Positions 1-12,400 of a stretch of DNA of 64,000 bases are shown here, piece by piece. Source of the DNA: Amphiscolops sp. MND2022 (Eukaryota); contig OZ076409.1 of NCBI GenBank assembly GCA_964187785.1, positions 62,746,001 through 62,810,000 of the forward strand, written 5' to 3'. The translations under genes were made by a program, and so were the position numbers. Every line of letters begins with the position of its first letter. The stretch's first letter is position 1. The notes beneath the pieces are model-generated. The model made no database searches. It saw only the letters and a program-made list of their open reading frames with translations, and was not told the origin of the DNA.

Positions 1-1
1 T

Positions 2-348
2 TCGCGTAATGACAATCGCAAAGGAAATTCAGAGAGAAAGAATTTCGGAAGAAGTAGCTCCGGCGATTGTTATGCAAGCAGAGGTTTTGGGGATCGGGAA
101 AGAAACGGAAGAGGTAGAGAGATGAATAGAAACCCTAGATTCAAGACCCTCACTCCAGGAAGCTCCCCGGGACTTTAGGGAAGATCGTATTCTCGAAGGA
201 GGTTTCCGGTAACTGATCGAGAGGTGGGATTCCGAGATAGATGTTGTCGTATCTGCGGGCATAATTGATACTGGGCGAGAGATTGCAAAAATTGTTTCAA
301 GTGTGGTAGTTCACAGAGTTTCAAAAAAGATTGTCTGTTTTCAAACTA
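2..348 (+). pseudogene. gag: Gag C-terminus with two degenerate zinc knuckles
   Basis: Frame 2 reads an R/G/S-rich region then CRICGHN*YWARDC-KN-CFKCGSSQSFKKDC; contains internal stops. Confidence 0.75.
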
Positions 349-439
349 AAACAGGCTAATGTAGAAATGTCCTCGCATTTGCCTAACTGTAACATGGCCA
401 TATTGGAAGTAACAGCCAACTAGAACACAGAGAAAACTC

Positions 440-2800
440 AAGTTTTTTACTTGACATTCCTCATACGAGGGAAATGACGAAGACACTAGTAGACAGTGGA
501 AGTAGCGTCTCAATAATCGATTGGTTGTTCCTAAACACACTGGGTTTCAAATGAAAAATGGAAAGTTACAGTGGAAAATTTTTAACAGCAAACAAAACAC
601 ACCTAACAGTGAAAAGAAAAGCAGAGCTGATTGTGCAGTTACAAAAGTTTTCGACCGAGTTTCGAGTTGGTTTTCTGATATCATCAATGGACATTTTTGA
701 TTGATTTTTGAGACTGGATTTTCTCACAGAACTAGATTGTATTTAGTATATTAAACGGAAACATTTTTTCTACGGGAAGCTTTTGAAGACATTGGAATTG
801 GAGTCAAGCATGCAAAACACTGGTACCATGTTTTTAATTGTCAGCTCAACACAAAGTATACCTTCGATAAGCCAAAAACTGCCCCAATGTGAAGTACGGG
901 ACGAACAAGGAAAACGTGTAAAAAGTTTCCAAGGATTAGTGAATCCAATAGAATCATACCAGGAGGCAACAGGGTTATGGGTAGCACAGTCACTGGTGAA
1001 AAACAGTGAAGGAATTTGTTGGGTACAACTTTTAAAAATCCACGACGAGGATATTGTAATGTACAAAAGCTCCCGGTTCGGGAATTTGTTGAAACGGAAC
1101 TTGAGCAACTAGTTTTTTCACTTCAAGCAAAAAAATGAAGTTTCATTTCACTGAAAGTTTCAACTTTGAAAAACACGTAAACCTTTACAGTATTCGTTTG
1201 ACATGAGATCAATTGGACGCGGTAAAAAGTCTGTGCCAAAAGTACGAGAAAAATTGTTCAAAAAACTTGAATGTTTTAGGATTCAACAAACAAATAAAAC
1301 ATCATATCAAGCTCAAACAAACGCTAAGCCGTATTGTTGAGCGTATGGAAACATGAGTTTGGACAAACAAAAGGATTAGCGGAAGCTGATCTAATAACAC
1401 CAACTCATTCGCACTGGGCAGCACCCAGTATTTTGGTTCCAAAAAAAAGACGTACTGTCGTAGACTACAGTGGACTCAACAAACAACTAGAGAAGACATG
1501 TTGGCCACTGTGTAGAATCAACGATGTGATTGGTTCCCTTGAAGGGAACATTTTTCCCGAGTATTGACATGACATAGGGATATTTTCAAATGGCTCTGAA
1601 AGGGGATGTTACAGTTGTTTTTTTTAAAGACAGTCAGAATCTTACCGTCTTCATCACGCCTGTCGCCCTCTACAAATGGAAAGGTTTTCCATGGGACTCG
1701 CTTCTGCGAAAAGGGGTTTTTCAACACTTGATGGAGCTGCTTTTCAGTGGTTTGCCCTACGAAGTAGCGCTTGTTTACAAAGATAACCTTATAAGGTTAG
1801 GTAAAAACTTTGAGGAGCATCTAGAAAGACTGGAGCTTGTTTTCGGAAGACTGGAGAAATAGGGATTGAAAATCGAAGGATCAAAATGCAATTTCTTTCA
1901 AAGAAGATTATGTTTTTGGGCCACGCCATCTCGGAGAAAGCTGTGGAGGTGGACCAAGAGTAAGTGAAAGCCGTAGAGGAAATGACAGCACCCACCAATT
2001 TGAAGGAAGTGAGGGCAGTCCTGGGATTAGTAGGGTTTTGAAGGAAGTTTATTCCGTGTTTTAGAAAATGTTCAGAACCCCTATATAAAAAGTTGAAAAA
2101 AGAGGAAAAGTTCGTCTGGACCAACGAATGTGAACGTGCTTTGAAAGAAATGAAAGCAAACTGTTGACCGCGGTTATACTGGGTTACCCCAACAACTCAG
2201 ATGATTTTACGCTAACTACAGACGCCTCTTTGCCAGGAGTTGGTGCCATTTTGACACAGAGACAAAACGGGGTGAATAGAGTAATTGCACATGCCAGCAA
2301 ACTTCTTTGAAAAACCCGAAAAAAATTACTCAGCAACAAATAGGGACAACAGCGTTTCATTGGAAATGCAATGATTGAGCGAACCAACGGGCTATTGGAG
2401 GAAAGCATTTCTACAGACGTTAGTGAACATCAGCATGACTGGAAAAACTACCTGCAATTGTTGATGATGTCCTACCATTCCCGATACACGCAGTAACAAA
2501 GTATAGTCCTACATACGTCATATTTGGGTCACAACTGAAACTGCCAGTTGATTGTATGTACGAGACGCGTCATACAGTCATCAGCAACACCTAGTGATTT
2601 CATTTTCAAAACAAGGCGTGAGCTACAGAAAGCACGTCATTGGATCAGGATTCAGATGGAAGTAGAACAAACTAGACAGAAAACCTACTACAACTACCAC
2701 GCATACGGGCCCAGGTACCGAGAAGGACAGCATGTTTTTGTATTTTTCTCATCAGTAAAAAAAGAGAGGAACAAAAAGTTCACATTTCTTCACGAAGGAT
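440..2800 (+). pseudogene. pol: Ty3/Gypsy pol (protease, RT, RNase H, partial integrase), heavily disrupted
   Basis: LVDSGSSVSII (~486); SHWAAPSILVPKK..VVDYSGLN (RT); VALVYKDN (degenerate YxDD); TDASLPGVGAILTQ (RNase H); GNAMIERTNG..DWKNYL (IN). Confidence 0.85.
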
Positions 2801-3318
2801 ATACACAATTGTTGAACTTGTTGTGTATAAGTTGTTGTGATACTTGTTGTGTTGAACAGAGAGAAGTGGAGGAAAAATCATCAGACGAAGAAGTTGACGA
2901 CGACTCCATTGAAACTGAGGTCGAGCAAACAAACGGACAGGAAAGGGACCTACAGAGAAAAAAGGTTTCAGAATGAAAACCCTGAGACAGTTGATCCAAA
3001 CAGTGATGCCATAACCGTTGAAGAATATGCTAACGAGCGACCGTGTAGCGAGTCTTCAAAAAAGGACGGAAGTAGCAGTCAAAGAGATAAATTCTTGACC
3101 GGAACACAAAACCAAAAACTCAAAGCGAAAAAAAAGAGAGAAATATTCCACCACCTCGCGGTAAAACACGAATATCCGATCCGTACCGCAACGGTTTGCT
3201 GACTACTTTGTGAATTACCCCGATGACGGCAATTTTGAAACAGATGACGTTTTTACTTCAGGAAAGAAGTGAAGAATAACGGGAAAAGGAAGCAAACGAA
3301 GAGGGTGAGCAGGTACTA

Positions 3319-6067
3319 GTGTTCTGCGCGTTCATGGCAGTCTGTTGGATTGTCACAATGAGCGAAGAAACAAGAACAGTGGGATATTACTTCGGGCAAA
3401 TGTTGACAACATCAGTGCTTTCGCTTTCTGAACAATACCCTGGATGTTCTCGAGAATCGAGAGCTAGAAAGAATGTAACGAAGGCTACAATTCTTTTTCA
3501 TGAAAGCAACACGGAACTAGAGGATTTGTCACTATTAAGCGTCATATACATTACAACAAATATAAAAAACAATGTTTACGATGACGGATTATACTTACAC
3601 AAAGATTCGAAAATCTACCGACGTTTTACTTCTTGTCTGCAAACATGTCCGTCTGTATGGACTGGAGAGGTTTTCAAGTTACCGGGTTCCGGTAACCAAG
3701 ATATCAAACTTAGCACTGCCGAATTAAACAAGGTGATAAGTGACAGGACAAAATCCAGGGAAACGAGTAACTACTCAGCGATGTTTATGGAAAAAAAAGA
3801 GCCCGGAATTGGCTATGCACGTCAATGTGGAGTGGACCACACCTCTTGGAGAAACAATCGTTTGTTCTGTTATGATCGACGCTACGTCTACCAATAGGCA
3901 AAACTCAGGCTAGAAAAAGAATGCATATGAACGAGTTTCTATTCACTTGGAAAGACCCCTTCGGTAATGAACTTTCAAGGAGTTTCATTCTGGAGAATTT
4001 TGAACATGATTTTGTGGTTTGCCTGACGAAAATTACAACGGAATGTAAATGGTCAAAACTGGTTACCAAAGTGGAGGAGAATGAAGTAGTTGGATTCCGT
4101 GGGCTGAGGAGTACTTCAAAGGGAAACGTTGTTTGTACGGTTGACTTTGATGCTTTTCGCTACATTTTTCAGATTTTTATACCAATTGTTTTTCAAGATA
4201 CAACTCAAGAAGCTAGGAACAACCACCAGGTTCGCTTCACAACCTTTTTATCCATTTTACGAGTATGATAAGTACCTTGCTGATTTCAAAAATCTAAAGG
4301 GAGAGCATGCTGAAGAAGAGCAATCAAATGTAGATGAAAACGCAGTGTAAATTGGTAGCGTATATTTGTTCCAAAATAAAATTGAAAAATTCATGATACT
4401 TTGATTTTTTGTGTGTGTTCAGAGATTTGTCACTATTAAGCGTCATATACATTACAACAAATATAAAAAACAATGTTTACGATGACGGATTATACTTACA
4501 CAAAGATTCGAAAATCTACCGACGTTTTACTTCTTGTCTGCAAACATGTCCGTCTGTATGGACTGGAGAGGTTTTCAAGTTACCGGGTTCCGGTAACCAA
4601 GATATCAAACTTAGCACTGCCGAATTAAACAAGGTGATAAGTGACAGGACAAAATCCAGGGAAACGAGTAACTACTCAGCGATGTTTATGGAAAAAAAAG
4701 AGCCCGGAATTGGCTATGCACGTCAATGTGGAGTGGACCACACCTCTTGGAGAAACAATCGTTTGTTCTGTTATGATCGACGCTACGTCTACCAATAGGC
4801 AAAACTCAGGCTAGAAAAAGAATGCATATGAACGAGTTTCTATTCACTTGGAAAGACCCCTTCGGTAATGAACTTTCAAGGAGTTTCATTCTGGAGAATT
4901 TTGAACATGATTTTGTGGTTTGCCTGACGAAAATTACAACGGAATGTAAATGGTCAAAACTGGTTACCAAAGTGGAGGAGAATGAAGTAGTTGGATTCCG
5001 TGGGCTGAGGAGTACTTCATTGGCGGGGTTCTATAACACTGACAAACAAACGATTCGCACTCGAAATGGATAATTCGCCCACGATGATATGCAACAAAAC
5101 CGTATATCCTACAATAATACAAAACGTTTATGTCAGTCTTGAAAACTGGGATTTAGAATTTCATGAAGCCAACAGTCGATGCTTTTATGCGTTTCCAAAG
5201 TCGATTGGAAATAGTATATACGCGCGGAGTACAAGAGACGTAGGATTGAAATTGTCACTCTTTTTTATTATGGAGAGTGTCGTGTTAGGAGTGGGAGCTG
5301 TAGGGTTGCACGTGGAGAAAGCAAGCGGAGTGTTTTACCAGCATCGATGCGCAAAAATGGAAGTAATTGTGATCGAAAAACACTTTTTGCTCTGAGGAAG
5401 TGCCAGTACGGCTAGGTTGAGACGGAAACTTTGAAAAAAGATACTAGCATCCAGGTACCAGAGTTTTCTTTACTAATTACACAAAGATAGAATGCAATCT
5501 TATTTATCTCACTTTACTGAAGATGGCAAACGGTACGTGGATGACATACGGGAAAAGACTAGAAAGAACCAGAGTGGAACCAACACCATTTTTCAATAAT
5601 ACTAGACGTGAAATGAGACCCCACAAGTTCGTACGGCTCAAAGAAAATGGATTCTTTACATTGTGAAGGAGTAGTCGAGCAAGGGCATTCAAGCAAAGTC
5701 GAGCTACAGTCACAATACGTGAGGTTTCCTTAGACCACGCGGAGAATACAGCCATGAAGAATACTTTCATCTAAATTTGCCAAGTAGACAGGTGGGTTTC
5801 AGCGGGAGCGTTCTCCAGTGTTTTGAGGGTGTAAAAAGGGAAACGTTGTTTGTACGGTTGACTTTGATGCTTTTCGCTACATTTTTCAGATTTTTATACC
5901 AATTGTTTTTCAAGATACAACTCAAGAAGCTAGGAACAACCACCAGGTTCGCTTCACAACCTTTTTATCCATTTTACGAGTATGATAAGTACCTTGCTGA
6001 TTTCAAAAATCTAAAGGGAGAGCATGCTGAAGAAGAGCAATCAAATGTAGATGAAAACGCAGTGTAA
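3319..6067 (+). pseudogene. env: Env-like glycoprotein resembling chuvirus-type (class III-like) G; frameshifted and internally duplicated
   Basis: Hydrophobic N-terminus. Joining frames gives MICNKTVYPTIIQNVYV...GVFYQHRCAKMEV..FCSEEVPV..HPGTRVFFTNYTKIECNL..MANGTWM. C-terminal hydrophobic segment LFVRLTLMLFATFFRFLYQLFF. Confidence 0.65.
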
Positions 6068-8503
6068 ATTGGTAGCGTATATTTGTTCCAAAATAAAATT
6101 GAAAAATTCATGATACTTTGATTTTTTGTGTGTGTTCAGAGATGAACCAACGACGAGTAAATGAATACGTCTACTTCTTTCCTGAACTATGTCAAATTAA
6201 ATCGGAGGTATCTCCGAGACTTTACAGAGTGCAGGGATGTCTTCCCGGGCATCGGAAAGTTCCACCAGAGACACGCTTGCTTCCGCTAACATCAAAAACA
6301 GGGCAGATATTACTAATCCACAACTGATCGGGTTTCGACATAAATTGGACACAGCGAAAGAAAAATTTGAATTGTTGGAGGTAAAACTCCAGTTAGGAGA
6401 GAAGCATATCAATTGGAAGCGAGAATAGCAGCGGAGGAAAAATTTCGAAGGAAACTTGAGTGCGACAACAGATTGCAGCAAGAAAAAATACGATTGACGG
6501 ATTATACTTACACAAAGATTCGAAAATCTACCGACGTTTTACTTCTTGTCTGCAAACATGTCCGTCTGTATGGACTGGAGAGGTTTTCAAGTTACCGGGT
6601 TCCGGTAACCAAGATATCAAACTTAGCACTGCCGAATTAAACAAGGTGATAAGTGACAGGACAAAATCCAGGGAAACGAGTAACTACTCAGCGATGTTTA
6701 TGGAAAAAAAGAGCCCGGAATTGGCTATGCACGTCAATGTGGAGTGGACCACACCTCTTGGAGAAACAATCGTTTGTTCTGTTATGATCGACGCTACGTC
6801 TACCAATAGGCAAAACTCAGGCTAGAAAAAGAATGCATATGAACGAGTTTCTATTCACTTGGAAAGACCCCTTCGGTAATGAACTTTCAAGGAGTTTCAT
6901 TCTGGAGAATTTTGAACATGATTTTGTGGTTTGCCTGACGAAAATTACAACGGAATGTAAATGGTCAAAACTGGTTACCAAAGTGGAGGAGAATGAAGTA
7001 GTTGGATTCCGTGGGCTGAGGAGTACTTCATTGGCGGGGTTCTATAACACTGACAAACAAACGATTCGCACTCGAAATGGATAATTCGCCCACGATGATA
7101 TGCAACAAAACCGTATATCCTACAATAATACAAAACGTTTATGTCAGTCTTGAAAACTGGGATTTAGAATTTCATGAAGCCAACAGTCGATGCTTTTATG
7201 CGTTTCCAAAGTCGATTGGAAATAGTATATACGCGCGGAGTACAAGAGACGTAGGATTGAAATTGTCACTCTTTTTTATTTTGGAGAGTGTCGTGTTAGG
7301 AGTGGGAGCTGTAGGGTTGCACGTGGAGAAAGCAAGCGGAGTGTTTTACCAGCATCGATGCGCAAAAATGGAAGTAATTGTGATCGAAAAACACTTTTTG
7401 CTCTGAGGAAGTGCCAGTACGGCTAGGTTGAGACGGAAACTTTGAAAAAAGATACTAGCATCCAGGTACCAGAGTTTTCTTTACTAATTACACAAAGATA
7501 GAATGCAATCTTATTTATCTCACTTTACTGAAGATGGCAAACGGTTCGTGGATGACATACGGGAAAAGACTAGAAAGAACCAGAGTGGAACCAACACCAT
7601 TTTTCAATAATACTAGACGTGAAATGAGACCCCACAAGTTCGTACGGCTCAAAGAAAATGGATTCTTTACATTGTGAAGGAGTAGTCGAGCAAGGGCATT
7701 CAAGCAAAGTCGAGCTACAGTCACAATACGTGAGGTTTCCTTAGACCACGCGGAGAATACAGCCATGAAGAATACTTTCATCTAAATTTGCCAAGTAGAC
7801 AGGTGGGTTTCAGCGGGAGCGTTCTCCAGTGTTTTGAGGGTGTAAAAAGGGAAACGTTGTTTGTACGGTTGACTTTGATGCTTTTCGCTACATTTTTCAG
7901 ATTTTTATACCAATTGTTTTTCAAGATACAACTCAAGAAGCTAGGAACAACCACCAGGTTCGCTTCACAACCTTTTTATCCATTTTACGAGTATGATAAG
8001 TACCTTGCTGATTTCAAAAATCTTAAGGGAGAGCATGCTGAAGAAGAGCAATCAAATGTAGATGAAAACGCAGTGTAAATTGGTAGCGTATATTTGTTCC
8101 AAAATAAAATTGAAAAATTCATGATACTTTGATTTTTTGTGTGTGTTCAGAGATGAACCAACGACGAGTAAATGAATACGTCTACTTCTTTCCTGAACTA
8201 TGTCAAATTAAATCGGAGGTATCTCCGAGACTTTACAGAGTGCAGGGATGTCTTCCCGGGCATCGGAAAGTTCCACCAGAGACACGCTTGCTTCCGCTAA
8301 CATCAAAAACAGGGCAGATATTACTAATCCACAACTGATCGGGTTTCGACATAAATTGGACACAGCGAAAGAAAAATTTGAATTGTTGGAGGTAAAACTC
8401 CAGTTAGGAGAGAAGCATATCAATTGGAAGCGAGAATAGCAGCGGAGGAAAAATTTCGAAGGAAACTTGAGTGCGACAACAGATTGCAGCAAGAAAAAAT
8501 ACG
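3523..8503 (+). repeat. Near-identical tandem duplications within env and the downstream region
   Basis: ~4483-6493 recurs at ~6494-8503 (ORF offsets 2011 bp). A 901-bp-period, internally deleted copy lies at ~3523-4423. Only a few SNPs separate copies. Confidence 0.95.
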
Positions 8504-8637
8504 AAGGCTGGGGGAAGTTCTCGAGCGGAAATGATACTTGTGAAGATAAGCGAAACAAAGCCAGAGTAACAGAAAAACTTATCAGGGAGTTATATCACGA
8601 ATGTTTTTTCCAACGTACATTCACACCCTATGCAATT
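8248..8637 (+). pseudogene. 5' part of coiled-coil + J-domain ORF 1 (split by the BEL insertion)
   Basis: Coiled-coil-like KLDTAKEKFELLEVKLQL, then ...FFQRTFTPYAI ending at the BEL 5' LTR. Confidence 0.7.
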
Positions 8638-9586
8638 TGTTGGCGCCAGTCAATTGCGAGATCAGAAACTCAAATTCGAACGTGACTGATGAAACTTACA
8701 ACTCAAAACACTTAGAAGCATTGTCAAGATTTGAGATGGAAAATTACAAGTTTCAGCAGAAATATGCCTGAGAGAAAAAAAAACACCACCCCCTTTTTGA
8801 GAAGCACTTGTCCAATGACCATGAAACTTAGCATGCATATACTAGAGCTGCTAACTCAACTTTTCACTCGAACCACCTTACCTCGTATCTCCCCTGGGTT
8901 CAGAACAATTAACACCCAAAGTGACCTAGGTCGGACCCCATGAAAACCCAATTTTGATGTATTAATTATTATGTGATTTTCTCATAAGACCTTGAAGGAA
9001 ATGTAACTCTGTTAAAATTTATTATATTTACGTTGTGTAAACACACTTTCTAGCCCACCCAACCAACATGCCAAAACCACCACATAGTTTGTTTACTTAG
9101 CCAATAACTTCATTTTACGCTTTAAATGTCCTTAATTTATACAAATTTTTTCAACTGATATTTGCCTATATTTACTGTAGAATTGTAAACCTTATTTATA
9201 CCATTATTAGAGATAGATTTTCTTCACTGATTAGCTACAGTTAAGTTGGGTCTTAGGACCAAAAGATTAGTTAAACAACTTCTCAATCTTCACAACTTTT
9301 CGCTAGAGTAAGAGCGACTAAGTAGCTACTCTCATAGTTGGAGAGCCGGAGCGCGTGATGATACAGAGAAGGAAGTTTGTACTGGATCACATCGGATCCA
9401 CCTTAGTGCAAAGAGGAATCGTAGGCGATTCCACGGGTCATACCGGACCCACCAGTTAAAAGATACAGTCCTTTAAAAAACGAAACCAGGATTTGTTTAG
9501 TGACGGTCCACAGCACTAAGCAACGGATCAGGGCGGCGTAAAGCTTGTCAAGCCTCAGCGCAGGATAAGGGCAAGCAGCCGTTACA
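8638..9586 (+). repeat. BEL 5' LTR
   Basis: TGTTGGCGCC...GCCGTTACA, matches 16306-17252 with scattered mismatches. Followed by PBS-like TAGTCCGCCGGCCCGGA. Confidence 0.95.
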
Positions 9587-9687
9587 TTTAGTCCGCCGGC
9601 CCGGACTAGAAGAAGAAGACGAAGACGTCTGTTGGTGGACAACTGAGAAATTGCCCAAGAAAAACAAGTGTCTGGATTCTCTGACTT

Positions 9688-9907
9688 TGTGTCTCTGGGA
9701 GATTAGGCTACTGTGTCTCTGTGAGATTGGGCTACTGTGTCTCTGGGAGATTGGGCTACTGTGTCTCTGGGAGATTGGGCTACTGTGTCTCTGGGAGATT
9801 GGGCTACTGTGTCTCCAGGAGATCGGGCTACTGTGTCTCTGGAAGACTGGGCTACTGTGTCTCTGGGAGATTGGGCTACCGTGTTTCTGGGAGATTGGGC
9901 TATTGTG
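9688..9907 (+). repeat. 24-bp minisatellite (~9 copies) in the BEL 5' leader
   Basis: Unit CTACTGTGTCTCTGGGAGATTGGG, head to tail, no spacers. Confidence 0.95.
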
Positions 9908-9942
9908 ACTTTTGGAACTGAGTTTAATCAAAAAGAAAAGAG

Positions 9943-12400
9943 ATGACTGAACCAAAGAGAATTGATCACAAAAAATTTAGTCATTTGAAGAGCTCTATGG
10001 ACAAGCCACAATGGGAGAGCAACATGAAAGCAATTCAAATGTTTGAGGCAAAAGTGGATACAATACATGCTGAGCTGCGCAAAAACTACGTGACAAAAGA
10101 GCACCTTGCAGATCTTCTGCCAAACCGGCAAGACCTACTGACCAGCTTGGAGAAACTCTTCGAGGCGAACAAAGTGGTCCTGAAAGCCAAGTATCAGCCA
10201 GAATGTACAAATACTAAAAGCGACAGGTTATCCAGGTATCGTGATGAATTAACGTCCTTGGAAGGAAGAGGTAAAAACATTGGTCAGATGATCACAATGA
10301 TGCAAAGCCTGAAATATGAAGGACAGTTGAAGCAGTTCCTACAGCTTCAAAACGCCAAAGAGAAATGTGATGAAATGATTGAGAAAAACGAAAATGAAAT
10401 CGAAAAAAATCGAGATGCGTTTTGCAATTCAGATGATTACAAAGCATTGCTTGAAAGCAATGAAGAAACTCTCAAAAAGAGAGGTGAAATTGTGGTTGAA
10501 ATGAATGGGATGCTGAAACCTGGTGGGGATACTTCAATCTACCGTGAACTGCATCGCATGGACGGATTATTAGCCCGTGCCCAATTGAATTGGAAAGAGC
10601 AACAACTAAAGTCCCGCGACACTTCACCACAAAAAGAGCCACAACCAGATGATGAGCAAAAAGATGACAGTGGTAAAAACGTGGATGAAAGCGAAAACCA
10701 AGAGCCACAGAATGGGGCCAGTTCATTGCTAATAGAAGAATTGACCGTACATTCGCGAAGTAAAAGAACCAAAAGCAACAAAACGTCTGTGATTTCAAAA
10801 CATCAAGTGTAAGACGAGTTCTCGATTTGTAGTTGAAAGCTTTGAAAGAGCAACAAGAACTTCAAATCCGCCTAGAGAAACTGAGACGTGAAGCAAACGA
10901 AGCTAAGATAGCTAGCTTGCAAGATGATAAGGTTGGCTTGCAAGAGGAGATGGCCCGCAAAGCCAAAATTGCTGAAAAGGAACTACAAATCGCGCAAGTG
11001 TCGAGTAGTAGTGGGTCTAGCTTCGGAAGTATCTCACCGGTTGGGACTCCGGATGACAACCTGACGAAAGTTTCAGGATGGATGGACAAGACAGAAGAAG
11101 CTGAAAACGTGGCTCAGACCATTAACGTGCCAACAGTATACAAGCAAACGTCTGTCTCAGCACCAGTTTTACAGTACGATCAACTCATGGAGGACAATGC
11201 TCCGCGCAAGTAAGTGACTTGAAACCCTCAGTGAAACCGACCACAACCACAGAAGCAGCTATTCGAGGTATTGGAATGGACACCACAAAGACTGTCATAG
11301 GTACTGGCAGTCAAAGAGCAACAGCACAACCAGAAGTGAAATTCGCCACATCGAAGCGCCAATGACGCTTATGGCAGGCCAACGCTGGGTACCACCTACG
11401 AATGGAGGCAACCCGAGTAGTGCGTTTCATGTGCCACAGCTTGCGAACACACAGAAGCAGTATATGCCAAGTCAAGGGCCAAACATAGCGTCCAATACGA
11501 GAGAAGACTATTTCATCAGATCAAGCTTGCCAAAACTGAAGCTGGCAGAGTTTTCAGGTGACCTATTGGAATGGCCAGAGTGGTCACAACTATTTCAAGC
11601 AACCGTCCACGCAGCCCATGTGGACGACAGTGTAAAGATGGATCACTTGAAAACAATGGTAACAGGCAAAGCCAAAGAGGCGATTGCTGGCCTCGGGTTG
11701 ATACAGGTTCATTTGTTTCACATGAGTGAGCCACTTCGTTTTCATGTCCAGTGGTAACTTCATTTTGTGGCACTGCCCAGAATTCCTCCTAAGTTTAGGT
11801 CCTCCACATAGTTGAATTGTGTCAAAACATTCACGCAACTCGACACTATTCTCGCAAACTTGATCAATGCGGCTCCCTCATAAGGTTTCATAGGAGGAAA
11901 AGAATAGATTCGTTTCAACTGAGCGTTCACGACCATCTGAGGTTTTCCAAAGTTTTGAACTAGCACGTTCCACGCCACATTGTACATCTCAGCGGTATGG
12001 ACTCGCTGTGTTCAGTGAATGGCTCAATGATATAGCAGAAGTACAAGATGAACTGCTTCTATCTTCAAACCCGAATGCTGATCGCGCGAAGTCGAGCTAC
12101 AAAGAAAAGGCAAAAGGTTCCACGTTTGCAACTTCAGCCACAAACACAGCCAGTGACAACTCAAAATACCAGCGAGAGTGTGTGCTGAAAGATGGCAAAT
12201 ATCCAATATGGAAATGTGAGAAGTTCCAGAAAATGAATGTCGAAGAGAGAGGACAAGAGGCGAAAGAACTGAAGCTGTGCTTCAAATGCTTGTCAGACGC
12301 ACATCAGATGCGAAATTGCTCTGGTAGACTCTGCGATGTGAAAGGTTGCGGAAAACTTCATCACAGATTGCTACACAGACCATACAAGAACGTGGAACAG
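9943..12400 (+). pseudogene. gag: BEL gag with stops and a ~300-bp internal inversion
   Basis: Coiled-coil N-terminus; LPKLKLAEFSGDLLEWPEW; LCFKCLSDAHQMRNC..CDVKGCGKLHHRLLH. Segment 11696-11997 reads on the minus strand. Confidence 0.9.

Noticed and set aside
9688..9907. CRISPR array or repeat-protein genes (ORFs 9548-9955 etc.)
   Set aside because: Units are contiguous with no unique spacers, there are no cas genes, and the context is a eukaryotic retroelement. The ORFs are by-products of a stop-free 24-mer.
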